A DNA stretch of 56,590 bases, filler included, from Sphacelaria rigidula (GCA_964200075.2; 4 parts of 4 records of this genome joined end to end with filler, not necessarily neighbours in it); one strand, 5' to 3'; shown: positions 38,501 through 51,601, numbered from the whole stretch's first letter. Numbers and translations: made by a program. Notes: generated by a model not told the origin, from the sequence alone.

Positions 38501-41500
38501 TGAAATGGGGGGCAAGAGGATGGATATTCGATAATCTCTGCTGCCTCTTGAATCTCATCCGCTGACTACGGTGCAGTATGTGGGACTTGAACAGCAAAGA
38601 GGCTGCTCGCACATGTGTGTTTTTTGCCCAATTTCAGTATGAAATGGGGGGGGAATGAGGATTCATTCCGAACAGATTCTGCTGTATACAAATCCCATCT
38701 GCCAGTGGATATGGGATTAGTACAGCCCTTTCTGTTCGAAATAAATCCTTTATTCCCGACTCGGAATATGGAATCGGGCATGGAGAATTTATTTCGAACA
38801 GCAGCGGCTGTTCAAATTCCGGCTTTCTATAGCACGAGTGCTCCAGAGGATATCGATAAAGTGTCTATACATATAAATAAGAGTTTCGGAAAACATTTTT
38901 TTCAGCCAAAACCTCAGAGATGAATTTTGTCTTCTTACTAGAGGTATCTCAGTCTCGGATCCCGGTATCATGCTTTGTTTCGTTCTATTTTTTCAAGTGA
39001 AAGTGATGGTCATTCATCATAAGATGAGACCCGTTGAACGCCAGGTTGGGTCCTCCCATGAATCGCGATCACTTTCACGTGGGAAAATAGTACCCAGCTC
39101 AGAGCTAGAGAATAATCCAGGACACCGGGAGCCGAGCTTGAGATACCTGTACTAGAACTCAATGAAAAGATAATCATCCCTGAGTTTTTCTGGCCTATTT
39201 TTGTTTTGCGAACCTCTCATTTCTTTTCGACAGAATCCCTCTAGAGGGGTAACCTGACCCCCAGAGGACGCTGTATCGTTGATTATCCTCTAGAGCATCT
39301 CGAATGCTCAAGATGATGAGGTACGGCCTTTACAAGGTCAAGATCTTGCGAAGATTTTCGAAGGTCTGACACCTTCGTCAGTGTGCACGGTTGCGAAGGT
39401 CAGCATCATGTACCTTGCGGCGAGAGTAAAAGTGTCCACCTGTGAACAGCCTTCCTGTCATGGAAAAGGGACGATACCTGATCGTGGGGATCCCTTGCAA
39501 CATCGTCGGTAGATGCCGTTAACAAACCGCTCAGTAGCATCGAGTCCACACCTTTTCCAGCGTATCTTTCTCGACACAAGCATCGAGGGCACACCCACAG
39601 CCAGAATCTACACTACAGTGCGAATACCCTTTTCGGTGTACTTCAGGAGTTTCGTGAAGTTGTCCAAAGATCCAACTTTCATCCTCTTTAAGGGCTGTCA
39701 GCAGAGTGGAACTGTGGAAACTCACCGTAATACATGTGGTGAATTTCGGAGAACTTGATATCTCCCCATACGTTCACCTTGTCGAACAGCTGTTGCCATC
39801 GTGCCGTCGTGCAGCGATTCGAAGTCCACACAGTCAGCGTCCGAAGCAAGAAAATATACACGAGGTGCCAAGTGTGAAAAATCGAAATCTGCACAATGAT
39901 GGCTGATTTCAGGGGGGAAAGAATTGCCTCGCGCATAGCCAACGAATACGACGAAGTGACAGGGAAAATTCGGCGTTATTCACCAACCACAGATGTAAAA
40001 TATACCAATTTGAAGGATGATCAGGGTCACCGTACATCCCGCAGGGGGGAGCAGCTGCAGAGCAATATGTGGGAACACGGAGATAGCAGGACGTTTTCCA
40101 ATTCGAAACACTTCGCAACTTACACAACATCACTTCTTTTTCGTGGCACTTTGCAAGCACTTGTGGCATAAAGTCACATGAAGACGGTATGTCCGCATTA
40201 GAAACAGTGTGTAGCACATGTCTCCCGCCATCTTCCCGACACCTTCGCCCACGGTGATCACGACTGTTTTACGTTCCTCGAACTTGACATATTTCAACAA
40301 ATGACGACGTACGTGGTCTTCGAGAGCAGCTGCAGTAATAGCTGCTGATGCTGTTCTCACTCACATCTTCGTTCTCGTTGACGGGAAAATCTGGGTCGCT
40401 CTTGTTCTCACAAAGACCCCGGACTTTCCACGTGAGGCCTGCCCAATTAACATAGTTGACGCAACCACAATATGAAGCCAAGCACATCAGCAGATTCTCC
40501 GATTCATTGATGGATGAAATACGCTCCAGGAAAATTGCGCAACGGCAGGTACATCATGATGGCAACAACAGGTCCTTTTTTTATTCATGCTCGAAAATAA
40601 TTTCGACTGTATAAAGAGATCACACCCGGATGTGATCGGTGATATGAATATATACCTGAACCCGTTCCTTTGCGGCACAAGATATTATACACTCTGGAGG
40701 AAATTGAGATACTGGCGCCAATGCGATTCACATAACCCGGCTTCAAACCGGCTGCGCTCCTCGTGAGTGACCAACGGGTGTTGCCGGAATCAGCTTCTGA
40801 AACCTGCCCCCAACTCGCTGGATCGCATCGTGCTGACTCACCGTAAGACTCGCTTGCATCATAGCCGAGGTATCCCATTTCAGAGTGGATGATGTCCTGC
40901 AGGTAAGGATATCGAGAAGCGAAACCGGAAAGACGATTACTTCAATCGGCATTCCAGTTAGCACAGCAATCATCACAGTAAACGTCTACGTTGACGCGCC
41001 TTTGTTGCTGAGAAAATGTCGGTCCTACCTGCTAATTACACTCTAAACTGTACAGCGTTCAGTCTGTTTCTTACAGCTGTGGGTTGAGGGGAAGGGGGGG
41101 CGTGTTGTTTAGTATTCAGACGTCTGACGCGGGTTTAAGGCCGCCAAGAAGTGATCAATGCCATCACATTTCTTGGGCATTTCGTATCTCCCCACCGAGA
41201 GGAGTCTAACCCGTTTTCCCGATTGGCCTTGCTTCGGGCCCCTCTGAACTGGCCTCTGAACCAAAATGTAGACAAGATATGCGAGCAAAATACGACCGGA
41301 TAAGAAGAGGGCGGGGTTTTTGGCACCATAGCGAAGGGCGTCTTTTTCCGTTGTGAAAAAAGTATCTGCAGCGAAAACAGCAGCGGGTGGTGAATCCAGA
41401 GCTAGGGCAAACGCCACGAGGACACCAGGTTCGGAGTTGGATCGGGCTAGCGTTGCTCCTGCGATGGTTTCTTTGAACCCAGCACACCCTGCTGCTTCTG

Positions 41501-42075
41501 TTGCTGGTGCCTATTCCACAACGAAGGGGCGTGTGTGGCATTCACGTCCATAATCGTGGCCACTGTTTCAGCCCCACCTTGGAATAACACCGTTGTTGCT
41601 GCCATTAAGGACCTCGTGAATTGCTGTCTTTCTCTAGTCAAGGTTCAAAGATTGCCCGGAGACAAATCCGACGATATCGGTCATGGTAAGAGAGGTATAT
41701 CAAGCTGGAGATTCCCGATGTAATGGGACGCATATTCAACTTATGAGGGGTGCCACTCAAGCATTGGCCTGATGGGGGGAAATGCCACAGAACGCTGTGG
41801 GTGCACAATCACAGTCCACTATACTGTGCCAAGTCGCGGAGTGTTAACACCAGCGCGCGACTACCCGAAATAGAGGTAGAGTTTGGTCAGCGGGGACAAA
41901 ACCTGATGACGAGTGCCAGATTTGAAGTGTTTCTCACCATGCGGCATTCTCCCATGTCTTTTTCTTCACCTCGGCACTCGTCACCGGTGGGCACTTCGCT
42001 GATGCAGCTGATATATGAGCGCCCTTCACTGTACAATTCCCTTACGCCCCTGGCGCTCGTGTCCCATGCTGCCAC
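29600..42075 (-). CDS. Mannuronan C5-epimerase (AlgG-like alginate epimerase, right-handed beta-helix), 5'-partial
   Basis: Eleven phase-consistent minus-strand exons: 42075-41938, 40896-40842, 40438-40365, 39789-39726, 34638-34569, 33892-33822, 33391-33278, 32695-32534, 31783-31640, 31138-31031, 29697-29600 (365 aa + stop). The spliced protein contains GRSYIS, MDIIHSEMGYLGYDASESYGLTWKVRG, SEIHHMYYGMYSFGHQ, catalytic YGFDPHDDSD, NHGIIASKRCN and Asn-rich beta-helix coils. The last exon is the least certain. N-terminal exons would lie beyond the contig end at 42423. Confidence 0.93.
33548..33702. repeat. Compound (AAT/AAC/GAT)n microsatellite in an epimerase intron
   Basis: Read directly; it generates the spurious poly-I, poly-N and poly-Y ORFs in the track. 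Confidence 0.95.
34800..34985. repeat. Dispersed repeat; related inverted copy at ~38566-38830 in the same intron
   Basis: GCTGTGCAAGTCCCACATACTGTACCG (~34956-34982) matches the reverse complement of CGGTGCAGTATGTGGGACTTGAACAGC (~38569). Both regions also carry TTCTGCTGTA(TA)CAAATCCCAT. Confidence 0.6.
36715..36919. mobile_element. Small MITE-like element with ~43-bp imperfect TIRs
   Basis: ATTTTGCAGCGCGGGGGCTGTTCGCGGCGAATCCTCGTTTTCCC versus the reverse complement of GAGAAAAATGAGGAGCAACCCCGGACAGCCCTTGCTGTAAAAT. Confidence 0.65.
37295..37790. repeat. Two diverged ~165-bp direct repeats ~320 bp apart
   Basis: ACGGTCAATAACACCCTCCTGA...ACACCAACTTG occurs at ~37328 and ~37649 with similar flanks. 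Confidence 0.8.
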
Positions 42076-42423
42076 CTGTTGGTTTTTGGGGTACGAGACC
42101 AGTCGCGTGGAAAGGTAAAACTCCCACCTATTTCGCTGTGTCGAAATGTTGCTCGCGAGTAGATAGCATTCTGGGCTTCAGCGTGGGTTGCTAGCAGCAA
42201 CCCTTATGTGAACGCACCATACGAAGAGGCCCTACTGATTTTGACCAAAGGTGGCACGTCTTGGCAGGAGTTGAAAGCAACGTCGCCAATCTGTGGTTGA
42301 ATGATATCTATGACTGACATACGGTTGGTACTAGAAAATACCCCACTGTATATTTTCGACTACAGGGAAGTACAAAATTCGACTCAACGGTCGACGAGGG
42401 AAAGGGATCGCTGAACCCCTCTC

Positions 42424-42523
42424 NNNNNNNNNNNNNNNNNNNNNNNNNNNNNNNNNNNNNNNNNNNNTTAATTAATTAANNNNNNNNNNNNNNNNNNNNN
42501 NNNNNNNNNNNNNNNNNNNNNNN
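42424..42523. other. Artificial contig spacer
   Basis: 44 N + TTAATTAATTAA + 44 N. Confidence 0.97.
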
Positions 42524-43135
42524 CGTAAGTCACTCATGACTGATCGCAGATGATTTTCCTTTCAATATTTGTCAAGAGGATTCAAATATCTCCGGATGCG
42601 CATTTTTTTGCATACAACAGTCACCGTGATGAGCGGTGGCAAGCAAAACAAAGTTGGACAATCTTTGAGAAACTAAGAAATTACGGATTCTGCATACTTC
42701 TGACGCTGACTACTGTACTCCAGGCCGAAGCACGGATGTTTGTTTTCTCTTCTACTTCTTGGACTTTTCTACGCGCTACTCGCAGTTATAATCGGAGAGG
42801 CATGTTCCATCATAACCTTGAACACGCATGCACCATAAGTTCACGCCGCATCTTCACCTATGAGCAGGCGACCTCGCCGTCCTATCTATCATCATGCAAC
42901 TCGTCGTACCAAAAAGGTTTACTCGTGATTGCTTTTTAGTTTACTCTTGAAAGCCCAAGACTTGTTTGGTCTACGGCGGGCTCCGGTCGAACATCGAAGA
43001 GGTGGAATGTAGAAAAATCAATGAGGAAACATGAACTGCCTTCTCTCGCTTCCAAAAAGACTATTATAGAGAAAGGGAAACCGATACTGTGCCAGAATTG
43101 TTTTTCAGGAAAATAGCAAGGTTGTGTTTTGTAGG

Positions 43136-43675
43136 TTACGGGTATGTTCGGTATAGGGTATGAGATTCCTTGCAGATTTTACGGGAATAATATCGGGTAC
43201 GGTATGCAAGTCTTCCAGAAACTACAAAACTGTCGAGTACTGGTTTGAAAGTCTTGGCAAAAATTACGGAACTTGTCGGGTGCGGCATGGGAGGCTTATA
43301 TAATATTCGTATACCGGCAGTCGGGTATTTCTTCAAGAGCGTACTCGCGCTCCGGGTACGGGTAAACACTCTGTACGGAACTCACAGAACTGTCGGGGTA
43401 GGGTATAGCTATAGAGGTTGCACATAAAACCGTACCCACAACCGGGTATCTCATCAAGACATACCCGTGTCCCCTGGTCACGACACGGGAGGCTTAGAGA
43501 ACTCACAGAACTATCGTGAAGGGCACGAAAGTCTTACAGAGATTACAGAAGAACGGTCGGGTACCGGTATGGAAGTCTCACAGAGTATACAGAACTGTCG
43601 GGTACCGGTATGAAAGTCTTACAAGTCACAGAGCTGTGAGGTACGGTAAATACCCGGGAAAATACCCCGGGTATA
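43136..43675. repeat. Degenerate tandem array of a ~35-45-bp unit (CAGAACTGTCGGGTACCGGTATGAAAGTCTTACA-like); probable non-autonomous DNA transposon
   Basis: Recurrent GTCGGGTA(C)GGTATG / AAAGTCTT / CACAGAACT motifs throughout. Confidence 0.75.
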
Positions 43676-44059
43676 CAAAAAAACGTATGCTACAAAAGAC
43701 GAGCTTGGTATTACCATCACTCCCGTGGTGGGACCTATGTCACTAAAGTGACGAACTCCAGTGACGAACTCCAGATGACAGTTCACGAAAATTCTGAACA
43801 GCTGCACGGGGTTGACAGGGAAAGACTGCATGGGCACTCGCAGTAGTACACGTGCACGGGTGCACGAACACTTCAAAAGAGCACATGAAGGAGCATTCAC
43901 GGCTGCCCGCTCTCTGGAAGCCCTTCGGCACGACAAGATCGTCGACGGTCAATTGGCGACTTCCGGTAGTATGCTGTAGTGTGTAGTAAAACAGATGAAG
44001 ATTTCGATGGCGGGATGAAACAAATGTGGGTAGGGATAACAGGGACTATGGGAAACCAG

Positions 44060-46349
44060 GCGAAAAAAGATGGACAACGGGATAGCCGCACTATGGGCAC
44101 AGAACGCTAAAATGGCCAGTAGTTCGAAGGGGGGGGAGATGAGCTCCAGTTGAGCACTACCGTAAAATACGAACATCAGAAACTTACACGAAGTTCAACA
44201 CGGAATTCGATAAATAGATCAACGAGTGGGCAGAAGCAAATGTAGAGACGTCGAAACGGGAGGATAGTGGCTTGGAGGAATTGCAGATATAATTTACCAG
44301 AGATGAAGTAAAGGGGTGCGTATCTAAACTCAAGAACAAAAAGGCAGCAGGGGTAGACGGAATAGTGAATTAATTTCTCAACTACGGGGGAAGGGGGGAA
44401 TGCTTACCATGATGGTTACGCTGTACAACTGGATATGGGAAAACGAGTACACACTCAAGAGATGGGGAGAAGGAGCAGTAGTCAATCTTTTCAAAAAAGG
44501 AGACCAGGCTGACCCAGGGAACTGTAGAGGGACAACGCTACTGAGCACAGTAGGGAAAATGTTCTGTAAGATTCTGAATGATGGAGTAGGAACAATGCTA
44601 GAGAAGGACGAAAACAATACGCGAGGGACAAGCGGGTTCCAGATCAAACCGTAGTTGCGTAGATCATGTGTACATACTAGGTAAGATTGTTCAAGGAAAA
44701 AAGAAAGCCGGGCTGACAACGTACTGTTTTTTTCTGGACGTGCAAAAGGCTTGGGGCACAGTATGGAAACATGGGCTGTGAAAAACGTTCTGGGAAACTG
44801 GGATAGGAGGAAAGATGTGAAAAATGGTAGAGAAGATAACAGGATGTGCCAAAAGTGCCATGGTGCTGGGCCGGTAAATATAAAAATATTTGGATATGTT
44901 GAAAGGAGTCGCACAAGGATGTACATCATCACCCACTTTATCCAAAGTATTTCTTAGTGACCTGATACTAGCGATGGAAGCAGAAAATCAAGGAGTCAAG
45001 GTGGGCGAAGATGGTGATATCAGGTTCGATGTTCACAGATGATTTTGTGGGAATTTCAGGAACAGCAGAAGGGTCGCGAAAAAAAGAACGAAAGACTCTA
45101 GAATACGCTAGGAAATGCAGAGTGACAGCGAATGTTGACAAATGTGCGGTACTCGTCTGTGACGAAGATAAGAATACTCCAGCAGAGTTTAAATGGAAGT
45201 GGGGAGAAGAGGAACTGCCGATCGTACACCAGTATACATATCTTTGTATAGAGATCTCAAGAAACCGTGCTTAGGATGCACACATGAACCAAGTAATAGG
45301 AAAGGGTATGGCACAAATAGGTAGGATGGACGTGATCCTCAGAGACTCGCACCTAGACACCGGGATTGAGAGATATATCCTGATGAACGTTATCGTACCA
45401 AAGCTGGAATATGCGGGAGAAGTATGGGAGGGGAACATGAAGTTTGTGAGGAAGATGGAAACAGTACGGATGGCAGCAGCTAGGAAGATACTTGGATACT
45501 CGAAAACGACGAGTAATACAGCTTTGAGAGTGGAGCTAGGAATGTATACTCACTTGAAATAAACAGAGACATGAGGAAATTGATGTGGCAATATAGCGTA
45601 AAAAACACGCAGAGAATGAGATTGCCAGCTATAGTTAGCGATAGGGCTGTATGGAAGAAAAGTATGAAGGGGCATGCTGAAATAAGATGGGATGAAGAAG
45701 TCGAGAAAATATGGAAGGAGATAGGAGGAAACCAAGACGAAATATTGTCCATAGATGAGGGCGCGGGGTATGAGACAAAATCAAGAGACATTATCGAAAT
45801 ATGGGAAAAGGAGCGCTCCGACGCAAAATAGACGAGGAAGAACACCTGGAGATACACCGGGTGGTTGAGAGAGGGATCGGGATGAAAACATATCTGCATT
45901 GCCCCGTGGGCGCGGCGAAAAATCTGAAACTACGATTTTGGGTGGAGGACGTGGACCTGCCAGAAAGAAGAAAGAGATATACCAGTAGTTGGGTGGAGAA
46001 CGAAGTAGATGCACAGAACTGCCCCTATGGCAAAGTAATAGAGTGTGAACTATACAAGGAGGAACGGGACGTGCTAAAAGGGGAAATGCGGGGCGTGAAA
46101 AAGTGGCATGAATTATTTTCATGCATTAGACAGTAGGGAGAAAACGATAGCTGTACTAGGAGATAGATGGTGGCCACAGACGGCGAAACAGGATGGGGGC
46201 AATATATGTAAAAGGGCTTTTGAGCAATGTATGGAAGTAACGCAATGAGCACCTAAATGTCAGAGGTGTCTCTATTAGGAGTAGGGACGATGCTTCGTCT
46301 CGAAAGAGATGCATGGTCAATGGTCAAAGGACTAAGACAAGCAACAAAG
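44060..46349 (+). mobile_element. Decayed LINE (non-LTR retrotransposon) reverse transcriptase
   Basis: Ordered RT motifs across broken frames: EVKGCVSKLKNKKAAGVDGI, VVNLFKKGDQADPGNCRGTTLLSTVGKMFCKIL, FFLDVQKA, GVAQGCTSSP, SGSMFTDDFVGIS (YADD-like), YTYLCIEI. Many stops and frameshifts. Confidence 0.92.
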
Positions 46350-48772
46350 AGCTTCTCCCTCACTCCCAAGGCTCTGCATTTTCGGAGCCTTTGGATAATC
46401 TTTGAACCGTAGTGTGCAGCCTCAGAAAACCCTTGGACTTGAATAAGAGATACATCCCTACCGTAGAATCCCCTTTGAGTAGGTATTCGGAGCTGTCATT
46501 CCCCTTGATCCCTAACAGGTTGCGCTCTGCCCAGAGGAAAACACGCGCCGGCCACGCCTGCTGAGGATTATTTGAAATCACACTAAACCGTCACGCGCCC
46601 GTGTTGTTTACGTCCGCACAACACTCATGGCCCAATTGTTTCAGGTACTATAGTAAAACTCGAGAGTACCGAAGATGTAGGCCTTGGGGGATTAGGTTAT
46701 CAAGTCGAAATGATTTCGCCGCTTCAACGGATGACCCACCCCTCGCCCAACCCCTGAGCAAAGCGCAGACATACAGCGGTGAAACATATTGTGAATACAA
46801 CGGGTTCCACAGGCGAACCACCATATGGTGAAAAGAGAAAGTGATGCGAAGAGACATCCTACAGAAGAGCGATGCCCGAGAGAGATCGGTGGAAACGCAC
46901 ACTGCTTGCTATGGGTATCTTGATTGTGAAGTGGCTGTGGCAGTGGTGATGGGCCTCGTCGCCACCCTGAGTTCTGAAGCGGCACTTCAAACCTCAGGAT
47001 GAGGGTCCCAGATCAGAGCCTTCATCTCGGGAAATAATCCTCGGAATCCGGCGTGTATCATTGGCGGGGATTCCTCCTTGCGCCCCGATCTTGTGACGCG
47101 AAAGAGTAGTGTTTATCATCGTCACGACGATGATGATTATCATCTGATCGCCATCATCTGATCACCACCCCGTATCATTCTCTCAATACTTGCAGGGTCA
47201 GCCAAGAAGCTCGCATTTCTCTAGCTCACGATAACGTATGCAGTTTTCCCGTACAAACTGGACGGAAGCACATTGCTGTGAAGTGCAGATCAACGTGCTG
47301 ATGCACGCTTTGGCGTGAAAGAGTAAATGTACGGCATCAAATATAACATAAACCACGATACCGGATTCCGCACAGAGGAATGTATCTGTCGAGATCTAAA
47401 CTCAGCACGTTCCGATCTTGTGGGCATCTCTTGAACCAGCTAGACACGGAGTGCAATGGTGTCACACACACAAGAGAAAGGTGGAATGCTTGGCTCAATT
47501 GGAGGCGTTTTGAGATGGACATTTACACGCACGTACTACACGTCAGCATGCGAAAACTAGCCGCTGCAGTCATGTATCATCCTAAGTATACATTCACAAA
47601 AGTATGGCCCGCTGCACTACTTGAAAATAGTGTGGGTTGAGATTTTTTTTGATTTTTTTCCTCTGATGATGCACCACTCTTTGTGGGTCTGAAGTCGACG
47701 TACTTCTCTCGCCACAGCGACATAGATCCACTGTTGAGGCCCGAGGGTCAAGAAACGATTGTGGCGAGGGGAGAGCGAGCGTGTAGCCATGCAGCTGCGG
47801 GATACAAGAGATGAACACAGCAGCAGGAGGTGCATCAGATGTGTACATCGACTACACTCCACCCTTTTGTTGCAGACTTGCTTGTAACCCGCCGGTCGAT
47901 GTACAGATCTATTGACATCTCTACTTGGGCGAAGAACGTAGCGGCACACCACGCATATCCCACTACGGAGCAATGCTACGGTAGGGCTGCACTTTTCCGG
48001 CAAAGTCTTGTCTGGTTCAGGGGCTCCCCGTTTGCAAATTCGGTCGGGGTATCCCCAGCACATTGGAATAGTACTCATGGCGTACTCTCACATATTTTCA
48101 TAAGTCGTGTTTTGGATGAGATCAAGGGCTTTGAACAAGTCTGACCTCAGAAAATATCTGTGCACCCCTACCGTAGCATCACTTTACGTACGTCGTGGCG
48201 ATCCGTGAAATGTGCACGTGTACAGCCTCGTCTGTGTGCACAGCATTACGCCAGCGACGACCGCGTGCCGAGCATGGGGAACCTCTTCTCTCCCCCAAAC
48301 ACCCCAACACCTCCCCACCGCACGCACCCGACACACGGATTATCCGAAGCATTGTCCCCACGGGTCTGGGATTTGCTGGGTGCGTCAGGCGCGGGTTAGC
48401 CAGGCATATACGTCAACACCAGATTACAGAAGTAGAGAGAGGTTGTTGTATATCGCATCGAAGCTTGACTTGTGTGCACACCACGATGCAAGCAGCGAAT
48501 ACTGTTTGTCTGTGCAGCAGAATCGCAAGTTCACCCGTTCAACTGCAGTCGGAAACGTCACGCCTGCATGCACACACGCTCCACAACACGAGCACCCGTC
48601 GACAAAGCAATGCATCCTTTTCCTCACCTCGGGTGTATATCGTGTGTGTCTCACCCGCGGATTCTTCCGCGAAAACATTTGTGCCCACAGTTCAGGTGTA
48701 ACGTACCGCATCACGCCGCCGTTCTAGATGACCAACACCTAAAAGCCCACCGACCTTCAAACCACACAGTGA

Positions 48773-49827
48773 TTGCACACCCACAATCTACACTCACCAC
48801 CGCAGCCAAAAAAAGACGACATCCACAACACTTCATCAGCAGCAGTACGTGCCTCCACGGACACCAACAATGGTGTACAACGAGTCATCACGGCTGCACA
48901 ACGGCAGCGCAGGCGAGAGAGGGAACGCGTGAACAACGCGAACAGCAAGGCGGAAATCAACAGAAGGAGACGCAGAACTCGCGCGAAGGATAATGCGGTT
49001 GTTCAACAGCGATTCTACCCAAGGGAACGTAGAGCAGCCACCTTGTCACCAAGCAGGCAATCGGTTCGATGATATTCTGCGTCACGAGGACGATATATCG
49101 CGTCTACAAAGTATTGTCACTCAGCGGCGTGAGACCCTCCAAAGCGCGCGGGAACGAGTGGGTATAGTATATATATAAAAATATATAGAATATTTTGAAC
49201 TCACGAGCGTGAAACATGCTTTGTAACGAGGCGTCCACAAGATTTATTGCTGACTTTCGTAGGCAAGTTCCTCCGCCCCCGCCCCAGGAGATGAATGTTT
49301 GGGCCAATTCCAATGCTAGGGGCCCGGTTGGTGGATTCGTGCTTTACTTTGTGCGGGGGTACACATGCGTTCGCGACAGTTCGAACGGACGCGCGATCGC
49401 GGTGGTCCTGCAATGTTTCCGGCGGGCATGCACATTTCGAGGGACAATCTATGCTCACGAGGGCTTGGCAAGGCAAGAACGCCCAGACCCTCGAAAAAGA
49501 CGGACGGGACCGGGGCGCAGCCCCGGGTCTCGTGCGGCTTGTATACAAATAAACAATGCCGACCCTTGCCGCTACTGTGGTGCTGAATTGTTTGAGATAG
49601 AGTCCAGAGGGATTTGTTGCAAAAACGGTAAATATGCCCTTCCGAGACTACCGCCTCTACCTGCTGTCCTTCACGAACTTTACAATTATTCGGAGCCATC
49701 AGCACAGACGTCCCGCAAAGAACCCCGCGCGTACAATTGCCGTTGCAGTTTCGCCTCGATGAATGTCGAAGATGAGGAACTCAAGAACATGTTCGGCGAT
49801 CATCTCCTGTCCGTCCAAGGAAGGTGA
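48773..49827 (+). mobile_element. Helitron RepHel N-terminal remnant
   Basis: Basic Arg-rich stretch (RQRRRERERVNNANSKAEINRRRRR), then CRYCGAELFEIESRGICCKNGKYALPRLPPLPAVLHELY...RAYNCRCSFASM...LSVQGR. This matches the C-x2-C-x-A-x-L-F-x2-E...CC-x-NGK-x2-LP-x-L...R-x-YN...F-x-S pattern of the Helitron N-terminal Zn-binding region. Rep and helicase domains were not found. Confidence 0.8.
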
Positions 49828-50960
49828 TAAAAATACGATTTCTCTTTCAAATAAATGTCTCTTCGTATGTATTGCAAACTAATAGTGCATGTACATGTAC
49901 TCCACAAACATACATACAGAAGGAGGCACGGTTCAAGAGAGGGTTGTGCAGAGGCCGTGCAATCTCTCTTAAAGCTACCATTCTGTTATCCCCTTGTAAA
50001 AAAGGTTTTCTGTTGAACCGAGTGCTTGGTGTAAGCGAGGTTTTATCTCATACCGATATACCCCGAGTATATGGTCTCTAGAGTGCGGGTGAGACCAAAA
50101 TGTCTGGAGGGTACGCTTGCTAGTGTCAAGGCGTCTCACTCATTGGATTTGTCATGTATATGGGTTTTCGACCGTGGGTGAAATCAAGGCATCTGGAGGA
50201 TATGCACGTTTATGTCGACGCACCTCGTTGAATTTTTAACTTGACATACTGTACTGTACTGCGTACAACAACTGCTACCGCTGTAGAACACGGACTGAAG
50301 CCGCAAGGGCGCGAATCGACTTCACTTACGAGAAATCAGGAACCATCACTCTCTCCTGCGATACCCAGCAACATTATGACTACACTTCTTGGCAGCTTCT
50401 TCAGGTTTACACAAAGTCTACCACCAAACTTTGTTTCGTTTTTGTCCTGGACGCATAGTCGCTCATCTAAGTGAGCTTCGCCCCACGAAGATGGTATGAT
50501 ACTTCGGCCATGTTGCATTGTCCGGCTACTTCCTCAAGGTGAAACAAGGGGGTTTGACGATCGGAGGAAAATAAGTGGTTGCGGTTTAAGAGAAACATGG
50601 TTCAGTTTCAGAGAGTGGTGCATCAAGCCATTGTGACCTCTCTTAGAAAGCGGTAGGCACGTCAGGATGTTCGCTAGCCTTTCGCGTGGTTTTGCGGCAC
50701 TGCTCGTAGATGTTTCAGTCATTGTAAGCGGTGTTTCGTTTTTTCTTTTGCATGCATTCTTCGGATTCTGCAGCCTCCACACCGTTATCGGATGGTTCTT
50801 GAATGGCTTTTCCACAGAAAAATCTCATTCTGGGCGAAACCTTCATCACTTTCACATGTACCCTCTCACCCGCGCACAGCGACATATTCTCAACAACAGC
50901 TTTCAACTACGCTGGCTCATTTTCATTCAATTCTCACCGCCGTGCTCTCGCTTGCGATTC

Positions 50961-51005
50961 GGGCCCCCGCGCCCACTGGGGACGGGGGGCCCTTCGGTAC
51001 CCTAG
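50961..51005 (+). mobile_element. Helitron 3' terminus (GC-rich hairpin + CTAG)
   Basis: GGGCCCCCG-CGCCCACTGGGGA-CGGGGGGCCC hairpin at 50961-50992, a 9-nt spacer, CTAG at 51002-51005, then T (Helitrons insert between A and T). Confidence 0.75.
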
Positions 51006-51601
51006 TATCAATATACCGTGTAGGTTTAGTTACGGCATTCGAATTTTTCGTCAGAATATTCAACTGGTTCCCATTTGTTTAGATTTTTGTTGTTTGCTAC
51101 GGCGGTCAGTTTTGGCGTCTTGGTCTAAACCTTGAGTGGAAAGTTCAGCTTCTAACTCTTCAAAAAGGGCCGTGCGAAGCTGGTAAAGCGTCAAAAGATG
51201 CCCATCAAGCTGGCCCAGCTTGTTGTGTCAGGGTTGTTATTGGTACTTTCATCTTTTCCTATTTTTGATTCTTGTCGATGTTGACAAATAGTGACCGCCC
51301 GCATGATCTTTATAGGTTGTTCTGTTGTACTGACTGTACTATTCCGTAAGCATCCTGCCTGTACTCCATTGTCGGCCGCATCCACGGTAGTGGTAGCTGT
51401 CCGTCAACGTCTGCCGTCCAGTCAAGTATAGCTTATAACATGTGTGGCACGAGCATGACCTCACGGCTGGCCACCCCACATACTTCCGATTGATGAAGCA
51501 GGTGGAGTAACTCAAACAGAAAGGGTGGACATCACTTCTTCTTACACGTTGCCGAGCAATTGCTCTTCCGTGTGACCCCACCACTTAACAACGTTTTTGT
51601 T

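Noticed and set aside
18177-42075. MYB regulator clustered with an alginate epimerase (cell-wall regulon)
   Set aside because: The genes sit on different contigs joined by a synthetic spacer.
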